This document shows positions 1-9,151 of a stretch of 45,921 nt of DNA, piece after piece. The first letter of the stretch is position 1. Each line of letters opens with the position of its first letter. Location: the sequence record ON470589.1, one strand, 5' to 3'. Made by a program: the position numbers and the translations under genes. The stretch comes from Escherichia phage vB_EcoP-611R6. The notes beneath the pieces are model-generated. The model had not been told where the DNA came from. It saw only the letters and a program-made list of their open reading frames with translations, and made no database searches.

Positions 1-1434
1 TTAACCCAGTTGCCAGAGTGCTCCATGTTGCAGCACAGCCACTCCGTGGGAGGCATAGAGCGACAGTTCCCGTTCTTCTGGCTGCGGATATATTCGGCTA
101 CTCATCACCGCCTCCCCGTCGTTAATAAATACTTCCACGGATGATGTATCGATAAATATCCTTAGGGCGAGCATGTCACCCTGCGGGAGGGGAATACTAC
201 GGTAGCCATCTAAATTCTCGTGTGGGTAATACCGCCACAAAACAAGTCGCTCAGATTGGTTATCAATATACAGCCGCATTCCAGTGCCGAGCTGTAATCC
301 GTAATGTTCGGCATCACTGTTCTTCAGCGCCCACTGCAACTGAATCTCAACTGCTTGCGCGTTTTCCTGCAAAACATATTTATTGCTGATTGTGCGGGGA
401 GAGATAGATTGATGCTGCTGGCGTAACGACTCAGCTTCGTGTACCGGGCGTTGTAGAAGTTTGCCATTGCTCTCTGATAGCTCGCGCGCCAGCGTCATGC
501 AGCCTGCCCAGCCTTCACGTTTTGAGGGCATTGGCGATTCCCACATATCCATCCAGCCGATAACAATACGCCGACCATCCTTCGCTACAAAGCTTTGTGG
601 TGCATAAAAGTCATGCCCGTTATCAAGTTCAGTAAAATGCCCGGATTGTGCAAAAAGTCGTCCTGGCGACCACATTCCGGGTATTACGCCACTTTGAAAG
701 CGATTTCGATAACTGTATCCCTCGGCATTCATTCCCTGCGGGGAAAACATCAGATAATGCTGATCGCCAAGGCTGAAAAAGTCCGGACATTCCCACATAT
801 AGCTTTCACCCGCATCAGCGTGGGCCAGTACGCGATCGAAGGTCCATTCACGCAATGAACTGCCGCGATAAAGCAGGATCTGCCCCGTGTTGCCTGGATC
901 TTTCGCCCCGACAACCATCCACCATGTGTCGGCTTCACGCCACACTTTAGGATCGCGGAAGTGCATGATGCCTTCTGGTGGAGTGAGGATCACACCCTGT
1001 TTCTCGAAATGAATACCATCCCGACTGGTAGCCAGACATTGTACTTCGCGAATTGCATCGTCATTACCTGCACCATCGAGCCAGACGTGTCCGGTGTAGA
1101 TAAGTGAGAGGACACCATTGTCATCGACAGCACTACCTGAAAAACACCCGTCTTTGTCATTCTCGTCTCCTGGCGCTAGCGCAATAGGCTCATGCTGCCA
1201 GTGGATCATATCGTCGCTGGTGGCATGTCCCCAGTGCATTGGCCCCCAGTGTTCGCTCATCGGGTGATGTTGATAAAACGCGTGATAACGATCGTTAAAC
1301 CAGATCAGGCCGTTTGGATCGTTCATCCACCCGGCAGGAGGCGCGAGGTGAAAATGGGGATAGAAAGTGTTACCTCGGCGCTCGTGAAGTTTTGCTAGTG
1401 CGTTTTGCGCCGCATGTAATCGAGATTGCGTCAT
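1..1434 (-). CDS. cscA: Sucrose-6-phosphate hydrolase (invertase, glycoside hydrolase family 32)
   Basis: ORF 1..1443 minus; GH32 motifs (WMNDPNG, FRDP, WECPD); likely start at the 4th codon (MTQSRL) giving 477 aa; stop codon at positions 1-3. Confidence 0.85.
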   Translation of the reverse strand: MTQSRLHAAQNALAKLHERRGNTFYPHFHLAPPAGWMNDPNGLIWFNDRYHAFYQHHPMSEHWGPMHWGHATSDDMIHWQHEPIALAPGDENDKDGCFSGSAVDDNGVLSLIYTGHVWLDGAGNDDAIREVQCLATSRDGIHFEKQGVILTPPEGIMHFRDPKVWREADTWWMVVGAKDPGNTGQILLYRGSSLREWTFDRVLAHADAGESYMWECPDFFSLGDQHYLMFSPQGMNAEGYSYRNRFQSGVIPGMWSPGRLFAQSGHFTELDNGHDFYAPQSFVAKDGRRIVIGWMDMWESPMPSKREGWAGCMTLARELSESNGKLLQRPVHEAESLRQQHQSISPRTISNKYVLQENAQAVEIQLQWALKNSDAEHYGLQLGTGMRLYIDNQSERLVLWRYYPHENLDGYRSIPLPQGDMLALRIFIDTSSVEVFINDGEAVMSSRIYPQPEERELSLYASHGVAVLQHGALWQLG

Positions 1435-1467
1435 TTTTATCATCCTGGTTAAGCAAATTTGGTGAAT

Positions 1468-1545
1468 TGTTAACGTTAACTTTTATAAAAATAAAGTCCC
1501 TTACTTTCATAAATGCGATGAATATCACAAATGTTAACGTTAACT
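1468..1545. promoter_or_regulatory. Divergent cscA/cscK promoter region with two identical 14-bp palindromes TGTTAACGTTAACT (1468-1481 and 1532-1545), candidate LacI-family (CscR) operators
   Basis: Exact duplicated palindrome with CG centre in the 206-bp AT-rich intergenic region between divergent genes. Confidence 0.4.
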
Positions 1546-1649
1546 ATGACGTTTTGTGATCGAATATGCATGTTTTAGTAAATCCATGACGATTTTGCGA
1601 AAAAGAGGTTTATCACTATGCGTAAGTCAGATGAATTTAAGGGAAAAAA

Positions 1650-2573
1650 ATGTCAGCCAAAGTATGGGTTTTAGGGGATGCGGTCGTAGATCTCTTGCCA
1701 GAATCAGACGGGCGGCTACTGCCTTGTCCTGGCGGCGCGCCAGCTAACGTTGCGGTGGGAATCGCCAGATTAGGCGGAACAAGTGGGTTTATAGGTCGGG
1801 TCGGTGATGATCCTTTTGGTGCGTTAATGCAAAGAACGCTGCTAACTGAGGGTGTCGATATCACGTATCTGAAGCAAGATGAATGGCACCGGACATCCAC
1901 GGTGCTTGTCGATCTGAACGATCAAGGAGAACGTTCATTTACGTTTATGGTCCGCCCCAGTGCCGATCTTTTTTTAGAGACGACAGACTTGCCCTGCTGG
2001 CGACATGCCGAATGGTTACATCTCTGTTCAATTGCGTTGTCTGCCGAGCCTTCGCGTACCAGCGCATTTACTGCGATGACGGCGATCCGGCATGCCGGAG
2101 GTTTTGTCAGCTTCGATCCCAATATTCGTGAAGATCTATGGCAAGACGAGCATTTGCTCCGCTTGTGTTTGCGGCAGGCGCTACAACTGGCGGATGTCGT
2201 CAAGCTCTCGGAAGAAGAATGGCGACTTATCAGTGGAAAAACACAGAACGATCGGGATATATGCGCCCTGGCAAAAGAGTATGAGATCGCCATGCTGTTG
2301 GTGACTAAAGGTGCAGAAGGGGTGGTGGTCTGTTATCGAGGACAAGTTCACCATTTTGCTGGAATGTCTGTGAATTGTGTCGATAGCACTGGGGCGGGAG
2401 ATGCGTTCGTTGCCGGGTTACTCACAGGTCTGTCCTCTACGGGGTTATCTACAGATGAGAGAGAAATGCGACGAATTATCGATCTCGCTCAACGTTGCGG
2501 AGCGCTTGCAGTAACAGCGAAAGGGGCAATGACAGCGCTGCCATGTCGACAAGAACTGGAAAGTGAGAAGTAA
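1650..2573 (+). CDS. cscK: Fructokinase (PfkB/ribokinase family)
   Basis: 307 aa; N-terminal VLGDAVVDL and C-terminal GAGDAF motifs of the PfkB sugar kinase family. Confidence 0.85.
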   Translation: MSAKVWVLGDAVVDLLPESDGRLLPCPGGAPANVAVGIARLGGTSGFIGRVGDDPFGALMQRTLLTEGVDITYLKQDEWHRTSTVLVDLNDQGERSFTFMVRPSADLFLETTDLPCWRHAEWLHLCSIALSAEPSRTSAFTAMTAIRHAGGFVSFDPNIREDLWQDEHLLRLCLRQALQLADVVKLSEEEWRLISGKTQNDRDICALAKEYEIAMLLVTKGAEGVVVCYRGQVHHFAGMSVNCVDSTGAGDAFVAGLLTGLSSTGLSTDEREMRRIIDLAQRCGALAVTAKGAMTALPCRQELESEK

Positions 2574-2634
2574 ACGGCGAGGCCGCTCTTATCTCTAAAT
2601 AGGACATGAATTTTTTAACGACAGGCAGGTAATT

Positions 2635-3882
2635 ATGGCACTGAATATTCCATTCAGAAATGCGTACTATCGTTTTGCATCCAGTTACTCATTTCTCTTT
2701 TTTATTTCCTGGTCGCTGTGGTGGTCGTTATACGCTATTTGGCTGAAAGGACATCTAGGATTAACAGGGACGGAATTAGGTACACTTTATTCGGTCAACC
2801 AGTTTACCAGCATTCTATTTATGATGTTCTACGGCATCGTTCAGGATAAACTCGGTCTGAAGAAACCGCTCATCTGGTGTATGAGTTTCATTCTGGTCTT
2901 GACCGGACCGTTTATGATTTACGTTTATGAACCGTTACTGCAAAGCAATTTTTCTGTAGGTCTAATTCTGGGGGCGCTCTTTTTTGGCCTGGGGTATCTG
3001 GCGGGATGCGGTTTGCTTGACAGCTTCACCGAAAAAATGGCGCGAAATTTTCATTTCGAATATGGAACAGCGCGCGCCTGGGGATCTTTTGGCTATGCTA
3101 TTGGCGCGTTCTTTGCCGGTATATTTTTTAGTATCAGTCCCCATATCAACTTCTGGTTGGTCTCGCTATTTGGCGCTGTATTTATGATGATCAACATGCG
3201 TTTTAAAGATAAGGATCACCAGTGCATAGCGGCGGATGCGGGAGGGGTAAAAAAAGAGGATTTTATCGCAGTTTTCAAGGATCGAAACTTCTGGGTTTTT
3301 GTCATATTTATTGTGGGGACGTGGTCTTTCTATAACATTTTTGATCAACAACTCTTTCCTGTCTTTTATGCAGGTTTATTCGAATCACACGATGTAGGAA
3401 CGCGCCTGTATGGTTATCTCAACTCATTCCAGGTGGTACTCGAAGCGCTGTGCATGGCGATTATTCCTTTCTTTGTGAATCGGGTAGGGCCAAAAAATGC
3501 ATTACTTATCGGTGTTGTGATTATGGCGTTGCGTATCCTTTCCTGCGCGTTGTTCGTTAACCCCTGGATTATTTCATTAGTGAAGCTGTTACATGCCATT
3601 GAGGTTCCACTTTGTGTCATATCCGTCTTCAAATACAGCGTGGCAAACTTTGATAAGCGCCTGTCGTCGACGATCTTTCTGATTGGTTTTCAAATTGCCA
3701 GTTCGCTTGGGATTGTGCTGCTTTCAACGCCGACTGGGATACTCTTTGACCACGCAGGCTACCAGACAGTTTTCTTCGCAATTTCGGGTATTGTCTGCCT
3801 GATGTTGCTATTTGGCATTTTCTTCCTGAGTAAAAAACGCGAGCAAATAGTTATGGAAACGCCTGTACCTTCAGCAATATAG
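2635..3882 (+). CDS. cscB: Sucrose:H+ symporter (MFS oligosaccharide permease, LacY-like)
   Basis: 415 aa polytopic membrane protein; 61 bp downstream of cscK on the same strand. Confidence 0.85.
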   Translation: MALNIPFRNAYYRFASSYSFLFFISWSLWWSLYAIWLKGHLGLTGTELGTLYSVNQFTSILFMMFYGIVQDKLGLKKPLIWCMSFILVLTGPFMIYVYEPLLQSNFSVGLILGALFFGLGYLAGCGLLDSFTEKMARNFHFEYGTARAWGSFGYAIGAFFAGIFFSISPHINFWLVSLFGAVFMMINMRFKDKDHQCIAADAGGVKKEDFIAVFKDRNFWVFVIFIVGTWSFYNIFDQQLFPVFYAGLFESHDVGTRLYGYLNSFQVVLEALCMAIIPFFVNRVGPKNALLIGVVIMALRILSCALFVNPWIISLVKLLHAIEVPLCVISVFKYSVANFDKRLSSTIFLIGFQIASSLGIVLLSTPTGILFDHAGYQTVFFAISGIVCLMLLFGIFFLSKKREQIVMETPVPSAI

Positions 3883-3961
3883 ACGTAAACTTTTTCCGGT
3901 TGTTGTCGATATCTCCATATCCCTCAACCGGAAAATAATAATACAAAAATGCTTAGCCCAA

Positions 3962-4198
3962 CTAATAATCACCTAATCCAAACGCCTCATTCATGTTCTG
4001 GTACAGTCGCTCAAATGTACTCCGGATACGCGGTTCGCTGATTTCCAGGACATTGTCGTCATTCAGCGACCTGTCCCGAGTATCACGGGCCTGCGAATTC
4101 ATCAAGGAATGCATTGCAGAGTGAAGTATCGAGTCACGCCATATTTCGCTATCAGGATTCTGTATGATGGTTACATCGCCCGGCCCAGGGCTGTTTAG
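3962..4198 (-). pseudogene. Possible 3'-terminal gene remnant at the chromosome/prophage junction (no usable upstream start)
   Basis: Minus-strand open frame of about 78 codons ending ...ERLYQNMNEAFGLGDY, bounded upstream by a stop at 4199-4201; absent from the ORF track; identity not recognised. Confidence 0.2.
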
Positions 4199-4323
4199 TC
4201 ATCAGCGCTTTCTGACAGTGCTGAGATTTCAACCTGTTGCAGTAAAAATGAGTAGATATAGGGCAAGTGTGCTGCCAAACCCATCTTTTACGGGGTGAAG
4301 GTAGATATTGTTAGAAGGGTATC

Positions 4324-4338
4324 TGGTGTCCCCTGCAG
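4324..4338. repeat. attL core: partial copy of the argW 3' end
   Basis: Exact 15-bp match to 44839-44853. Confidence 0.6.
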
Positions 4339-4395
4339 ACATCTACTTGAGGATGCAGGGGATTGATTGGAATGGTGTTTTTTAGATGTGAAAAA

Positions 4396-4417
4396 TATTT
4401 TACCCGCTATTTTACCC
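4396..4417. promoter_or_regulatory. Two direct copies of TATTTTACCC (4396-4405, 4408-4417), candidate recombinase arm-type binding sites in attL
   Basis: Same octamer TTTTACCC / GGGTAAAA recurs around the integrase start at 44678-44722. Confidence 0.35.
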
Positions 4418-4612
4418 ATTGGCGCGGCTTAAGAGCTTATTTTTGAATTCACAATGGTCACGATATAACCATCTTGCTCGCCCGTGGATAACTTTGGCTT
4501 TTGGCAGGTCGCCGGACTTAATCCGGTCATAGATGAAGGTTTTACCGAAGCCAGTATCGGCCATGATGAATTTCAAATCAACCAGTGAATCAGGCTGTAG
4601 TTCGTGTTGCAT
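4412..4612 (-). CDS. torI: Excisionase / recombination directionality factor (TorI/AlpA-like winged helix)
   Basis: 66 aa, MQHELQPDSLVDLKFIMADTGFGKTFIYDRIKSGDLPKA...; RBS GGAGA before the ATG; sits at the prophage end opposite the integrase, as in KplE1/CPS-53. Confidence 0.7.
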   Translation of the reverse strand: MQHELQPDSLVDLKFIMADTGFGKTFIYDRIKSGDLPKAKVIHGRARWLYRDHCEFKNKLLSRANG

Positions 4613-4651
4613 GAGTGCTATCTCCGAATAGGGAATCGAACCTGCAAATCA

Positions 4652-4680
4652 GGCAATAAAAAACCGCCATCAGGCGGTTT
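4652..4680 (-). terminator. Rho-independent terminator (minus strand) after the early-left genes
   Basis: Stem AACCGCC / GGCGGTT with loop ATCA, followed on the minus strand by TTTTTTATT. Confidence 0.5.
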
Positions 4681-4743
4681 GGTGTTCTTTCAGTTCTTCA
4701 ATTCGAATATTGGTTACATTGTTTTCATATATGAATAAATAAA

Positions 4744-4923
4744 TTAGCTTTTTTCGTTGCCTTCGCTTTCTTTATTAATTTTAACAAACTCGTTTTTACC
4801 ACGCTCTCCAAATGCGTCTTTAGAGTCGTTGTATCCGCAATCGCAGCACACATAATCACCAGACCATCCACGCATTGTTTTTTCTTTTGCAATATTTCCA
4901 GAACCGCATTTTGGACAAGACAT
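4744..4923 (-). CDS. Small zinc-ribbon protein (CPKC...CCDC)
   Basis: Start taken at the internal Met (MSCPKCG) because it is preceded by GGAGG; four-Cys motif. Confidence 0.5.
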   Translation of the reverse strand: MSCPKCGSGNIAKEKTMRGWSGDYVCCDCGYNDSKDAFGERGKNEFVKINKESEGNEKS

Positions 4924-5019
4924 ATCACTACCTCCAAAGCATGAGTGAGATGACAACGTAACATTGATTGGAGATTAACAATAGATTGCTGATGTAAAAG
5001 ATATGTATAAGCTTCGCTT

Positions 5020-5940
5020 TCAAAGTGGAGGCTCTGGTAGCGGCATCCAGTGAGTTACGTCATCCAAAATATTTCCTGATAAATACGTGAAAGCTCTATA
5101 TTTTTTGTAATCAATTGGATTTACAACCCAGTTCCAATATGCGGCCACGATTTCACCTTGACTAAATGCCAGTAACATTTTGGTGTCTTCCGGCATTCGA
5201 TCACTACAGCTTATCCAACCACCCGGAGTTACCGGAGAGTTGCCATTTATATCGAAGTTTGGCTCTGCGTCCTGAACCAGGAGGATGTAACCATTCTTGG
5301 CTGTATCAAGTTCTAACGCCTCGGTGACGGTGCCGAAATAGCGATTACCTAAATCAGCATCACAAGTACTTACATCAATGGAAACTTCCATGCCTTCGAT
5401 TAATTCTGGCAAGTTGTAAGTTTGGCTTACAGGTTTGGCACCCTGAAGCATGGCGGCGATGTTGTTTCTCTTGAGAAAGTTAATACTTTTCAAGGTATCT
5501 TCCTCAAGCGTCGAACCGGTGTAGCCATTGGAGCAAGTTTCAGCACGTTTATGATGGTACCTTAATGCAGCAATGCATTTTCTTATCCCGTCACGGTATA
5601 TTTCCTCTTCCTCCTCAAGCTCAGCACTGATTTCGACATCCATATCGCGAAGCATTGCTCGCTGCACCTCAGTCAGGGGTACCGGCGCTGGAGGGGCGGC
5701 GTAGACTTCAATAATCCCATTATCAATAGGCCATTCCCCATCCTTGATGTAGTCACTTGTGCCATCGACCTGCTGTTCTGCAATGTGGAAAGCACCTATT
5801 GGTTTTGCTTCCAGCGATGCCAGCGCAATCCGTGCCAGTTCTTCCGCTTCTTCTGCTGGCAGTACAACGTTGCTACCAGGTCCGTATGTTTCGCGCCACT
5901 GCTTGATTGTCAGCAGTCGTTCTCTGGTAATAGTGGTCAT
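5020..5940 (-). CDS. Hypothetical early protein with C-terminal DUF551-like domain
   Basis: 306 aa; C-terminal W-rich signature ...GGWISCSDRMPED...AAYWNW...THWMPLPEPP. Confidence 0.6.
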   Translation of the reverse strand: MTTITRERLLTIKQWRETYGPGSNVVLPAEEAEELARIALASLEAKPIGAFHIAEQQVDGTSDYIKDGEWPIDNGIIEVYAAPPAPVPLTEVQRAMLRDMDVEISAELEEEEEIYRDGIRKCIAALRYHHKRAETCSNGYTGSTLEEDTLKSINFLKRNNIAAMLQGAKPVSQTYNLPELIEGMEVSIDVSTCDADLGNRYFGTVTEALELDTAKNGYILLVQDAEPNFDINGNSPVTPGGWISCSDRMPEDTKMLLAFSQGEIVAAYWNWVVNPIDYKKYRAFTYLSGNILDDVTHWMPLPEPPL

Positions 5941-5950
5941 TTGTTATGCC

Positions 5951-6148
5951 TCAATACACGAAATCTGTTTTAAATTCATGGTTACATTCTGGACAGCATG
6001 TTTCGTAACCTTTTATTTCTTCACATGCCTGTTTAGCTCCAGAAAACTCCCAGAAATCTGGATCACAAAGCAGATCGAAATTGTGACCACATTTGGGGCA
6101 TTCGGTATCAAGTGACAGATTCCAGTAAGAAGTGGTGTTTTTATCCAT
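5951..6148 (-). CDS. Small zinc-finger protein (CPKC...CCPEC)
   Basis: Start placed at MDKNTT, preceded by AAGGAGAG; avoids overlap with the upstream gene. Confidence 0.45.
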   Translation of the reverse strand: MDKNTTSYWNLSLDTECPKCGHNFDLLCDPDFWEFSGAKQACEEIKGYETCCPECNHEFKTDFVY

Positions 6149-6149
6149 A

Positions 6150-6770
6150 TCACTCTCCTTTGATGCGAACGCCAGCGGCGCGGGAATCATTCCATCGCTT
6201 TACTTCTTCACGAATTACGTCAATGCATTCTTTCGAATCCATTAGGTAATCTTCATCAAAAAGACGTTCCTGTTCGTTTTCTATCGCAACAATGATTGCT
6301 TCAACTAACTTTTGTGCCTGAGAATCACTTTCTAACTCTGCTATGCGCTTACTCCCATCCGAGATAACACCTTTGTAATATTCACGCTGTTCGTTGAGTT
6401 TTGATTTTGCTGTTTCAAGCTCAACACGCAGTTTCCCTACCGTTAGCGCAATATCCTCGTTCTCCTGGTCGCGGCGTTTGATGTATTGCTGGTTTCTTTC
6501 CCGTTCATCCAGCAGCGCCAAGACGGTAGCCGGATTGGCTGCGGCGATGAATTCTGCGTTTGCATAAGCCTGAGCATCTGTTTCAACCAGGCAGTTAACG
6601 TGACATTCTGCAATCACGCCACCTGGCTCTCCTTTCCATTTTTGACAAACAAAAACTCCTGTTAAATTGCCGTGCTGGTTAACAGATGTATGCCCTACGA
6701 TGTAGCTTCCTTTAGTTGCTTTCTCTGCTTTTTCACGCAGTGCCTGATAGTCAATTGTCATTCTCGCCAT
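6150..6770 (-). CDS. Ead/Ea22-like early protein with coiled-coil
   Basis: 206 aa; family assignment by recalled similarity only. Confidence 0.5.
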   Translation of the reverse strand: MARMTIDYQALREKAEKATKGSYIVGHTSVNQHGNLTGVFVCQKWKGEPGGVIAECHVNCLVETDAQAYANAEFIAAANPATVLALLDERERNQQYIKRRDQENEDIALTVGKLRVELETAKSKLNEQREYYKGVISDGSKRIAELESDSQAQKLVEAIIVAIENEQERLFDEDYLMDSKECIDVIREEVKRWNDSRAAGVRIKGE

Positions 6771-7402
6771 CCTTCACAGTTGTAATCACGACAGCCTTCA
6801 AAATCATATGGGCTGTACTGCCAGGTAATTTTTCCGCAATGCGGACAATTCCAACGCACCTTCCCGCTTCGCGACTTCTTTCTTCTGTTCTGCTTTTTCA
6901 ACCAGTCAGGCATGACCAAACCTGCGCCCTGAACCATTGTTCTGCGGTTAAAGTTATTGATATTGAACGTCCGGCGCTTTGCTGAATCAGCAATGGAAAA
7001 TGGCAACCAAACTATTCCTGGTTCGTTTTTGTTGGCGACGCTAAAGATGGTCGCTTTACTGAAGTCATCTGTTGGCAATCCACCGTGTTGAAGCCAGTAA
7101 ACATCGTTGCCGTTCCAGCTACCTTTTTTGTAGGCCACATACGCAGTGCAATCTGACTCAATCAGGCTTTCTGTAGGGATGTACTGGCAATCAACGTGCC
7201 ACACAGCCATTGCATCCACGCTATCAGCGCAAACAGGCTGATCGATATCTCGTCCACAATTCCAGGCTTTTTGGGCTTCTTCCTGCGTGTAAACATGTGC
7301 TCGATCGATATCAGAACTGTAACCATTGCCGTTATGGCAATGGAATGAGGCGTTATTACCCACAGTTTCACGCAAGCACATCATGTAAAAACGGTTACTC
7401 AC
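6758..7402 (-). CDS. Hypothetical early protein, Cys-rich C-terminus (CPHCG...CRDYNCEGW)
   Basis: 214 aa ORF in the ea region; no recognised family. Confidence 0.5.
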   Translation of the reverse strand: MSNRFYMMCLRETVGNNASFHCHNGNGYSSDIDRAHVYTQEEAQKAWNCGRDIDQPVCADSVDAMAVWHVDCQYIPTESLIESDCTAYVAYKKGSWNGNDVYWLQHGGLPTDDFSKATIFSVANKNEPGIVWLPFSIADSAKRRTFNINNFNRRTMVQGAGLVMPDWLKKQNRRKKSRSGKVRWNCPHCGKITWQYSPYDFEGCRDYNCEGWRE

Positions 7403-7881
7403 TGGTTGCCTCCTTTACGAAGCTGGTCGGCGAACAAACGTACACTAGACGCTTCACTGCGTAGAAACTTAACGGCATAATCAAAACCACCTCGTTCTGC
7501 GTCGTCTGCTACGTTGTCGAGGTTATCTGCGTACATCTCTACCCCCTGCGCCCGTACTTCAGCCAGGAAAGCATCGGTGGCTGGGGTGTCTGATTGCAGA
7601 GACTTTGCGCGATAGTCATTCCACCCTCTTGCATACATGGGATTAACTTGCACTCCATCTTTTACGCAATATGCCTGCCCTCCACGGTTGATAACCTTGA
7701 TTTCGTCCATAGCGCCAGACTTCAGCCCCGCATTCTCCGCTGCCAGTGCCGCGCACTTGGCCTCTGATTCAGCAAATTTACGCACCAGATATTCAGCGTT
7801 TGTTTCGTTAACCTTTAAATCTCGTGGGATGCATTTACCTTTCAGAAAACCATCCATCTCGATTAGTGACATTTGTTTCAT
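7399..7881 (-). CDS. Hypothetical early protein
   Basis: Start taken at MKQMSL, giving an ATGA overlap with the upstream small ORF; alternative start at 7899. Confidence 0.45.
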   Translation of the reverse strand: MKQMSLIEMDGFLKGKCIPRDLKVNETNAEYLVRKFAESEAKCAALAAENAGLKSGAMDEIKVINRGGQAYCVKDGVQVNPMYARGWNDYRAKSLQSDTPATDAFLAEVRAQGVEMYADNLDNVADDAERGGFDYAVKFLRSEASSVRLFADQLRKGGNQ

Positions 7882-8042
7882 TTCTTCCCACTCCGCCACA
7901 TCGCATTCAGATATTTGTTTTGATTTACTGATGGAAAAGAATTTCTCTTAAGCAATTCCTCTCTCGATGGCATTGGCTTTACGCGTTGGCGAATAATCAT
8001 TTCTGCCGGAAGAATGCCGGGATTGTATGCAAGTCCTCTCAT
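7878..8042 (-). CDS. Small ORF (54 aa) translationally coupled on both sides
   Basis: Not in the ORF track (under 60 aa); RBS GGAGAG before the ATG; ATGA overlaps with both neighbours fill an otherwise empty 140-bp gap. Confidence 0.3.
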   Translation of the reverse strand: MRGLAYNPGILPAEMIIRQRVKPMPSREELLKRNSFPSVNQNKYLNAMWRSGKK

Positions 8043-8320
8043 GATTTACTCTCCACGAACTGGTCAACAGCCATGCTAAGTGATACAGCTAAAGTCTCGA
8101 TATGTTGCTGAATATCCTGTAGCGTCTGCGCCTGAGATAACAGGATTTCACGGTTGCATAACTCTTTGACCAGATGCTCAAACTTGCTGTAATAACCGAT
8201 ACGGCTTAGTGTTTCTTTCCCTGCATTCTCGCCTTCTTTGATAATTCCTCTTTCACTAAGAATCAGGTCGTGTTTTGTTCCGGTAATAACATATTTGCCT
8301 AGGTCGATGTTTAGCTTCAT
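8039..8320 (-). CDS. Hypothetical early protein
   Basis: 93 aa ORF in operon context. Confidence 0.45.
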   Translation of the reverse strand: MKLNIDLGKYVITGTKHDLILSERGIIKEGENAGKETLSRIGYYSKFEHLVKELCNREILLSQAQTLQDIQQHIETLAVSLSMAVDQFVESKS

Positions 8321-8336
8321 TGTTAATTACTCCATG

Positions 8337-8651
8337 TTAATTTATTCGTATGCCTACTCTTTCTTCATCGAGTTTTTTTAGCTTGTATCGCATAGCTCTT
8401 ACTGAATAAATTGAGCGGCAGGTTGCAATTGCTATTTCTTCTGCTGAGAACTTACCGAAAAGTGATACTTCGGCTCTTGTCCATCGTCTTCCACGAAGTC
8501 GGCTAACAATGTCAGCGCCAATCCTTGTTGCTTTCGCCATTACTGCTTTTTCAGTCCTTTCCAGTTTTTCTGCGATAACTTCAACTGGCATTGTCGCCGC
8601 TACCTCGCGCAAGAAATCGACTTCCCATTTCTCCCATGGAGTCTTTTTCAT
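8337..8651 (-). CDS. Hypothetical protein, possibly DNA-binding (two helix-turn-helix-like repeats)
   Basis: 104 aa; internal repeat W(T/E)..E......(I/A)..L.RT.KAV. Confidence 0.45.
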   Translation of the reverse strand: MKKTPWEKWEVDFLREVAATMPVEVIAEKLERTEKAVMAKATRIGADIVSRLRGRRWTRAEVSLFGKFSAEEIAIATCRSIYSVRAMRYKLKKLDEERVGIRIN

Positions 8652-8662
8652 AGTCGATACCG

Positions 8663-9151
8663 TTATTTGATAAGAAGTGAAGGTTTCCCAACCTTGAGTT
8701 GAGCGCCTGGGATATTTATTCCTGCTTTTAGTTGGTGCTTGATTGCCAACTTGTCGGCTTTAATTGTCGTTTCAAACTCAACGTATTCATGAGGAAGGGC
8801 GCTTGAGTCGATGATTTCTACAGTTTCTGACGGTTTGCGGATTGTTACCTGGTGAATACCTGCTCGAATCTTTTTCTTGCCAACCATTTCAAGCGATGAC
8901 GCTATATATGATTTGATGCTGTCAATCTTATTTTGAATTACTGCGGCTCGCTCATTCAGTGACTTTGCCTCTTCCTTGAGGCGTTCAGCATAACCAGATT
9001 CATTTTTAATGACGGAAAGAAGTTGCTCTATTTTATCGGTAAATTCTCCTTCCATGCCTTCTATTGTGTCAGCAATCATCTCTGGTTCTAAATCTGAATC
9101 CATCAATTTTGCGTATTCATTGGCAATTTCATACAGTTTGCTCACTGACAA
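8663..9151 (-). CDS. Recombination-module accessory protein (Sipho_Gp157-like, coiled-coil)
   Basis: 162 aa; immediately downstream of RecT in the same operon; family assignment tentative. Confidence 0.45.
   Translation of the reverse strand: MSVSKLYEIANEYAKLMDSDLEPEMIADTIEGMEGEFTDKIEQLLSVIKNESGYAERLKEEAKSLNERAAVIQNKIDSIKSYIASSLEMVGKKKIRAGIHQVTIRKPSETVEIIDSSALPHEYVEFETTIKADKLAIKHQLKAGINIPGAQLKVGKPSLLIK

Noticed and set aside
595-1398. Several plus-strand ORFs (87, 68 and 62 aa) inside cscA
   Set aside because: They are antisense to a well-supported GH32 gene; frame artefacts.
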